This document shows positions 1-4,519 of a DNA stretch of 4,519 nt, piece by piece. A program made the position numbers and the translations under genes. A model generated the notes under the pieces. That model was given only the letters and a program-made list of their open reading frames with translations, made no database searches and had not been told where the DNA came from. How positions within the stretch are numbered: position 1 is the stretch's first letter; every line of letters begins with the position of its first letter. This DNA is from a virus (Duplodnaviria > Heunggongvirae > Uroviricota > Caudoviricetes): IMG/VR virus record IMGVR_UViG_2695420564_000016, one strand, 5' to 3'.

Positions 1-228
1 CCTGATTGATATGCCGCATTCAACGCCTCCGTTGTTGGGAATATCGCGGTATTCATTGCGCCATCCTGCTTTGCCGCAAACATCGTCCAGGCGTTTCATG
101 ATTGCCCTGTTCGTGACATAAGCCAGCACCATAGCCCACACCTTGCCATCGCGTGTTTTACCGCTTTGCTGTATTCGCCATTCGATATCTTCAGGGCTGA
201 ATGGCTCATCGAATTTGTTCAAATCCAT
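1..228 (-). CDS. Rad52/Sak-family single-strand annealing protein (phage recombinase), N-terminal part; continues beyond the left edge
   Basis: Minus-strand frame is open from position 1 to ATG at 228..226, with GAGGTG 4 nt upstream. Translation MDLNKFDEPFSPEDIEWRIQQSGKTRDGKVWAMVLAYVTNRAIMKRLDDVCGKAGWRNEYRDIPNNGGVECGISIR fits the conserved N-terminal pattern of Rad52/Sak-type annealing proteins (IEWR..G...A.LAYV.NR.I..RLD.V.G..GW). Not in the ORF track because it has no stop inside the window. Confidence 0.7.
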   Translation of the reverse strand, partial: MDLNKFDEPFSPEDIEWRIQQSGKTRDGKVWAMVLAYVTNRAIMKRLDDVCGKAGWRNEYRDIPNNGGVECGISIR

Positions 229-236
229 AATTCACC

Positions 237-407
237 TCAGAATGGACACGGCCCAAGGAAATAACGCTGATTTAATACTTCGACTCGGGACAAATTAAGG
301 CATACCCGCATTCCTTCGCGGTCGCCATTATGGCGATACCAGAGAGCTTTCTGCGTGTACATGCGTCTCTGTAACTTGCTCTCCTTCACTGTGGTTGCAA
401 GTGACAT
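237..407 (-). CDS. hypothetical small phage protein (56 aa)
   Basis: ATG at 407..405 preceded by AAGGAG with a 6-nt spacer. Stop TGA at 239..237 overlaps the Shine-Dalgarno of the downstream annealing-protein gene, which is typical operon packing. Overlaps ORF 328..486 in another frame. No family recognised. Confidence 0.4.
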   Translation of the reverse strand: MSLATTVKESKLQRRMYTQKALWYRHNGDREGMRVCLNLSRVEVLNQRYFLGPCPF

Positions 408-486
408 GAATATCTCCTTCGTTACCGATTAATTCTTTCATCTGACGAATGAATTCTTCGTCTGACCAGTTATCTGTAAAACTCAT
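328..486 (-). CDS. hypothetical small acidic phage protein (52 aa)
   Basis: ATG at 486..484 overlaps the stop of the kil-like gene (ATGA coupling). Translation MSFTDNWSDEEFIRQMKELIGNEGDIHVTCNHSEGEQVTETHVHAESSLVSP. No strong Shine-Dalgarno; 3' part overlaps ORF 237..407. Confidence 0.35.
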   Translation of the reverse strand: MSFTDNWSDEEFIRQMKELIGNEGDIHVTCNHSEGEQVTETHVHAESSLVSP

Positions 487-635
487 TTCCTGCGATACCA
501 CGGAAGGTTGATAGCTGATTTCATCGCTTTATTTGCTTCAAGCCACATTTTGGAATCACCAATAAATCTGGCTATTACTGCTTTGTTCTGTGCAGCACGA
601 AGCATCTGGTGATTGATGGCTATTTCATTGCGCAT
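483..635 (-). CDS. kil: Kil-like protein (lambda Kil family, host cell-division inhibitor), 50 aa
   Basis: ATG at 635..633 with GGAGG 4 nt upstream. Motif IARFIGDSKMWLEA matches lambda Kil IATFIGDEKMFREA as I recall it. Sits directly downstream of the cIII-like gene, as in lambda. Confidence 0.55.
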   Translation of the reverse strand: MRNEIAINHQMLRAAQNKAVIARFIGDSKMWLEANKAMKSAINLPWYRRK

Positions 636-754
636 AACGCCTCCAGTTGTTTCTTTGCTGCTCTGATTAATTGTTTAACTCGGCGTGATAATTCAGATTC
701 GTGCGGGTAGAAAGCGGACATGACGCCGCTACCCGCGAGCTGAAAGTGCATCAT
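620..754 (-). CDS. cIII: CIII-like protein (lambdoid regulator protecting CII from FtsH), 44 aa
   Basis: Tandem ATG ATG at 754..749 preceded by AAGGAG with a 6-nt spacer. Translation MMHFQLAGSGVMSAFYPHESELSRRVKQLIRAAKKQLEALCAMK shares the AG..V....ES.L.R..RKL helix pattern of lambda CIII. Its stop overlaps the kil-like start. Confidence 0.55.
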   Translation of the reverse strand: MMHFQLAGSGVMSAFYPHESELSRRVKQLIRAAKKQLEALCAMK

Positions 755-818
755 GGGTAACTCCTTATATTTGATTGCATAACTAAAACGCCTCTCGTGA
801 AGCGTTATTGGTATGCAT

Positions 819-844
819 ATAAAAAGGCCCTCACACTGGAGGGC
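819..844 (-). terminator. Rho-independent terminator within the early-left operon (tL-like)
   Basis: On the minus strand: GCCCTC-CAGTGT-GAGGGC hairpin (6-bp GC-rich stem) followed by C-TTTTT-AT. The plus-strand version has no T tract, so it acts only on leftward transcription. Lies between the 80-aa ORF and cIII. Confidence 0.5.
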
Positions 845-908
845 AAAGAAGATTTCCAATAATCAGAACAAGTCGGCTCCTGTTTAGTTACGAGCGACAT
901 TGCTCCGC

Positions 909-932
909 GTATTCACTCGTTGGAATGAATAC
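909..932. promoter_or_regulatory. Perfect 7-bp inverted repeat GTATTCA-N10-TGAATAC, candidate protein-binding site
   Basis: Read directly in the intergenic region between the stop of the 80-aa ORF (973) and the terminator. Function unknown. Confidence 0.25.
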
Positions 933-972
933 ACAGTGCAGTATTTATTCTGTTGTTTATTCCAAAGCAAAT

Positions 973-1215
973 TTAACCAGCAATAAACTCTTCTGGTAAT
1001 TTATCAACCAGTTGATGACTTATTATCAGCCATTTGCCATCCTTCGTTTCGTATGCATATTTCTGGTCTTTTATCATCATGTGTTCAGCTACTGCCTTAA
1101 CTGCCTGTTCGGTGACATCTTCTTTCTTTCCTACCCACATTCCTTTTTCAGTGTTTAATGTTCCTTGAAAAATACGACCGCTTAATGGGCTTGCGCCCAT
1201 GGTTTTAATTTTCAT
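973..1215 (-). CDS. hypothetical phage early protein (80 aa)
   Basis: ATG at 1215..1213 with AAGGTG upstream. Closely follows the upstream ORF. No family recognised; lies in the N-to-cIII interval where lambdoid phages carry accessory genes. Confidence 0.6.
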   Translation of the reverse strand: MKIKTMGASPLSGRIFQGTLNTEKGMWVGKKEDVTEQAVKAVAEHMMIKDQKYAYETKDGKWLIISHQLVDKLPEEFIAG

Positions 1216-1242
1216 ATAGCACCTTAAAAATAAAGGCCACCA

Positions 1243-1494
1243 TCAGGCAGCCTTGTTGTAAATGTTGCAGGTATCAAGTAAGTAATTAGATGGAGCGCCA
1301 TAAATTATGAATTCATCGTTTGTCGGGGCCATCTCCATCTCTTGGCCTATTGCCATTCTTGCGTCAGTTTCGTCAGCGGCGAAGCATAAAACAGCCCACG
1401 CACCCATTGTTTTAAAAAGAACTGCAATTGGCTGTGGTTTTACTGAATTTGCGTTAGTGCGAAAATCATAAATCGCACTTTCATGAAATTCCAT
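1243..1494 (-). CDS. hypothetical acidic phage early protein (83 aa)
   Basis: ATG at 1494..1492, only 8 nt after the N stop. No family recognised. Confidence 0.6.
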   Translation of the reverse strand: MEFHESAIYDFRTNANSVKPQPIAVLFKTMGAWAVLCFAADETDARMAIGQEMEMAPTNDEFIIYGAPSNYLLDTCNIYNKAA

Positions 1495-1502
1495 ATCTCA
1501 TC

Positions 1503-1844
1503 TCAATCGTAATAAGCTGGAATTGATTTTCCGCGTTGCTTCTGGCGGCCTGAACAGGTCACACCCATTTCACTGCGTGGCTTGCGGTAGTAAATACGGT
1601 TCTGTTTACGCTCGACTTCTTCTGTCTTCTTGCAGCGAAGGCTTCCGAGTGATATTGCTTTTTCAGAAAGGCTTAAACGTTTTCTCGGGGCTTCCTGAAC
1701 AGGTTCCTCACTGTCTGTGCCGAAGATCGAATCGATGATGTTGCATATAGCATCACGCTCGATAGCCAGCTTTCTGCGCCGCTCATGACGGCGAGTTTTG
1801 GCATTTCCTGCAAATGTTGATTTCCCGTACACGATTACCGTCAT
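1503..1844 (-). CDS. N: Transcription antitermination protein N (lambdoid N family), 113 aa
   Basis: ATG at 1844..1842 with GAGGA 8 nt upstream. N-terminal arginine-rich motif GNAKTRRHERRRKLAIERD is the P22 N-type RNA-binding motif. The C-terminal GVTCSGRQKQRGKSIP resembles the lambda N C-terminus (TCSGRQKIKGKSIP). The longer ORF to 1994 has no ribosome-binding site and would contain boxB. Confidence 0.8.
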   Translation of the reverse strand: MTVIVYGKSTFAGNAKTRRHERRRKLAIERDAICNIIDSIFGTDSEEPVQEAPRKRLSLSEKAISLGSLRCKKTEEVERKQNRIYYRKPRSEMGVTCSGRQKQRGKSIPAYYD

Positions 1845-1963
1845 GATATTTTCCTCATGTGAAATGGCTTTGGTGGTGATGCGCCAGGTGCTGATCTTCT
1901 GGTTGCTGTCGTTGCAGCTGCAATTCACATCACCGCCAAACCCATCTCGTTTGGTATCTGTTT

Positions 1964-1978
1964 GCGCTTTGTCAGCGC
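1964..1978 (-). promoter_or_regulatory. nutL boxB RNA hairpin (N-utilisation site)
   Basis: Minus strand reads GCGCTGACAAAGCGC, identical to the P22-type boxB stem-loop and matching the P22-type N motif in the adjacent gene. It is about 120 nt upstream of the N start. The boxA-like element just upstream (ACGCTTCGA) is degenerate. Confidence 0.6.
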
Positions 1979-2232
1979 CCCATCGAAGCGTCATCTCCCA
2001 GGACCGGGAACTGGTCAGCGAAACACTGGAAATGCTGCAAACCTGTTATCAGCAGTTGGGTAAAACAGCTGAATGGGCCGAGTTTCTCCAGCGTGCGGTG
2101 GAAGAAAATACCGGTGCCGATGCTGAACTGATGCTTGCTGACATCATCGAAGCGCTGCAGGCATCTTCCGCACCGGTAATGCGACACAGGAGCTGGGCTA
2201 ACGCACGATCGCGATGCCCACGTCCGGCATCA

Positions 2233-4519
<2,287 letters not shown>

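Noticed and set aside
620-859. 79-aa ORF from the six-frame track with a TTG start at 859
   Set aside because: The extension upstream of ATG 754 runs through the terminator hairpin and has no ribosome-binding site. The real gene is the 44-aa cIII-like ORF starting at 754 with AAGGAG.
931-955. Possible LexA (SOS) box near the inverted repeat
   Set aside because: The sequence is CAG-N8-CTG, the reverse of the CTGT-N8-ACAG consensus.
1523-1738. Plus-strand 71-aa ORF
   Set aside because: TTG start, entirely antisense to the N gene, Cys-rich and low-complexity translation, no ribosome-binding site.
1936-1954. Hairpin CCAAAC-N7-GTTTGG as a plus-strand terminator
   Set aside because: There is no plus-strand gene upstream and the downstream T tract is poor. 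It is better explained as part of the structured N leader on the minus strand.
1503-1994. 163-aa extended version of the N ORF starting at ATG 1994
   Set aside because: No usable Shine-Dalgarno before 1994, and the extension would contain the boxB RNA element and the structured leader. The internal ATG at 1844 has a good site and gives an N protein of normal size.

Overview
The window reads as the early-left (pL-type) operon of a lambdoid prophage on the minus strand, abutting a mosaic junction and an AT-rich foreign gene. Reading right to left: a P22-type nutL boxB (1964..1978), antiterminator N (1503..1844), two small unrecognised genes, an intrinsic terminator, cIII-like and kil-like genes, overlapping small ORFs, and the 5' part of a Rad52/Sak-type single-strand annealing protein running off the left edge. 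Right of nutL, where pL/OL and the immunity genes would be expected, there is instead a patchwork: a protein-like open frame on the plus strand, then an internal fragment of a fadA-type thiolase with abrupt breaks on both sides. The right 1.7 kb is visibly AT-rich and encodes a large subtilisin-like (S8) serine peptidase with an intact catalytic tetrad, no signal peptide and a roughly 270-residue N-terminal region I cannot place. Its ORF starts at the window edge and reads past the composition shift into the thiolase fragment without a native-looking stop. This peptidase is the main candidate for a prophage-carried defence or abortive-infection module, possibly one half of an ATPase-plus-S8 pair whose partner lies beyond the window. 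All family assignments are from reading the translations and from memory of the families; no search or computation was run.
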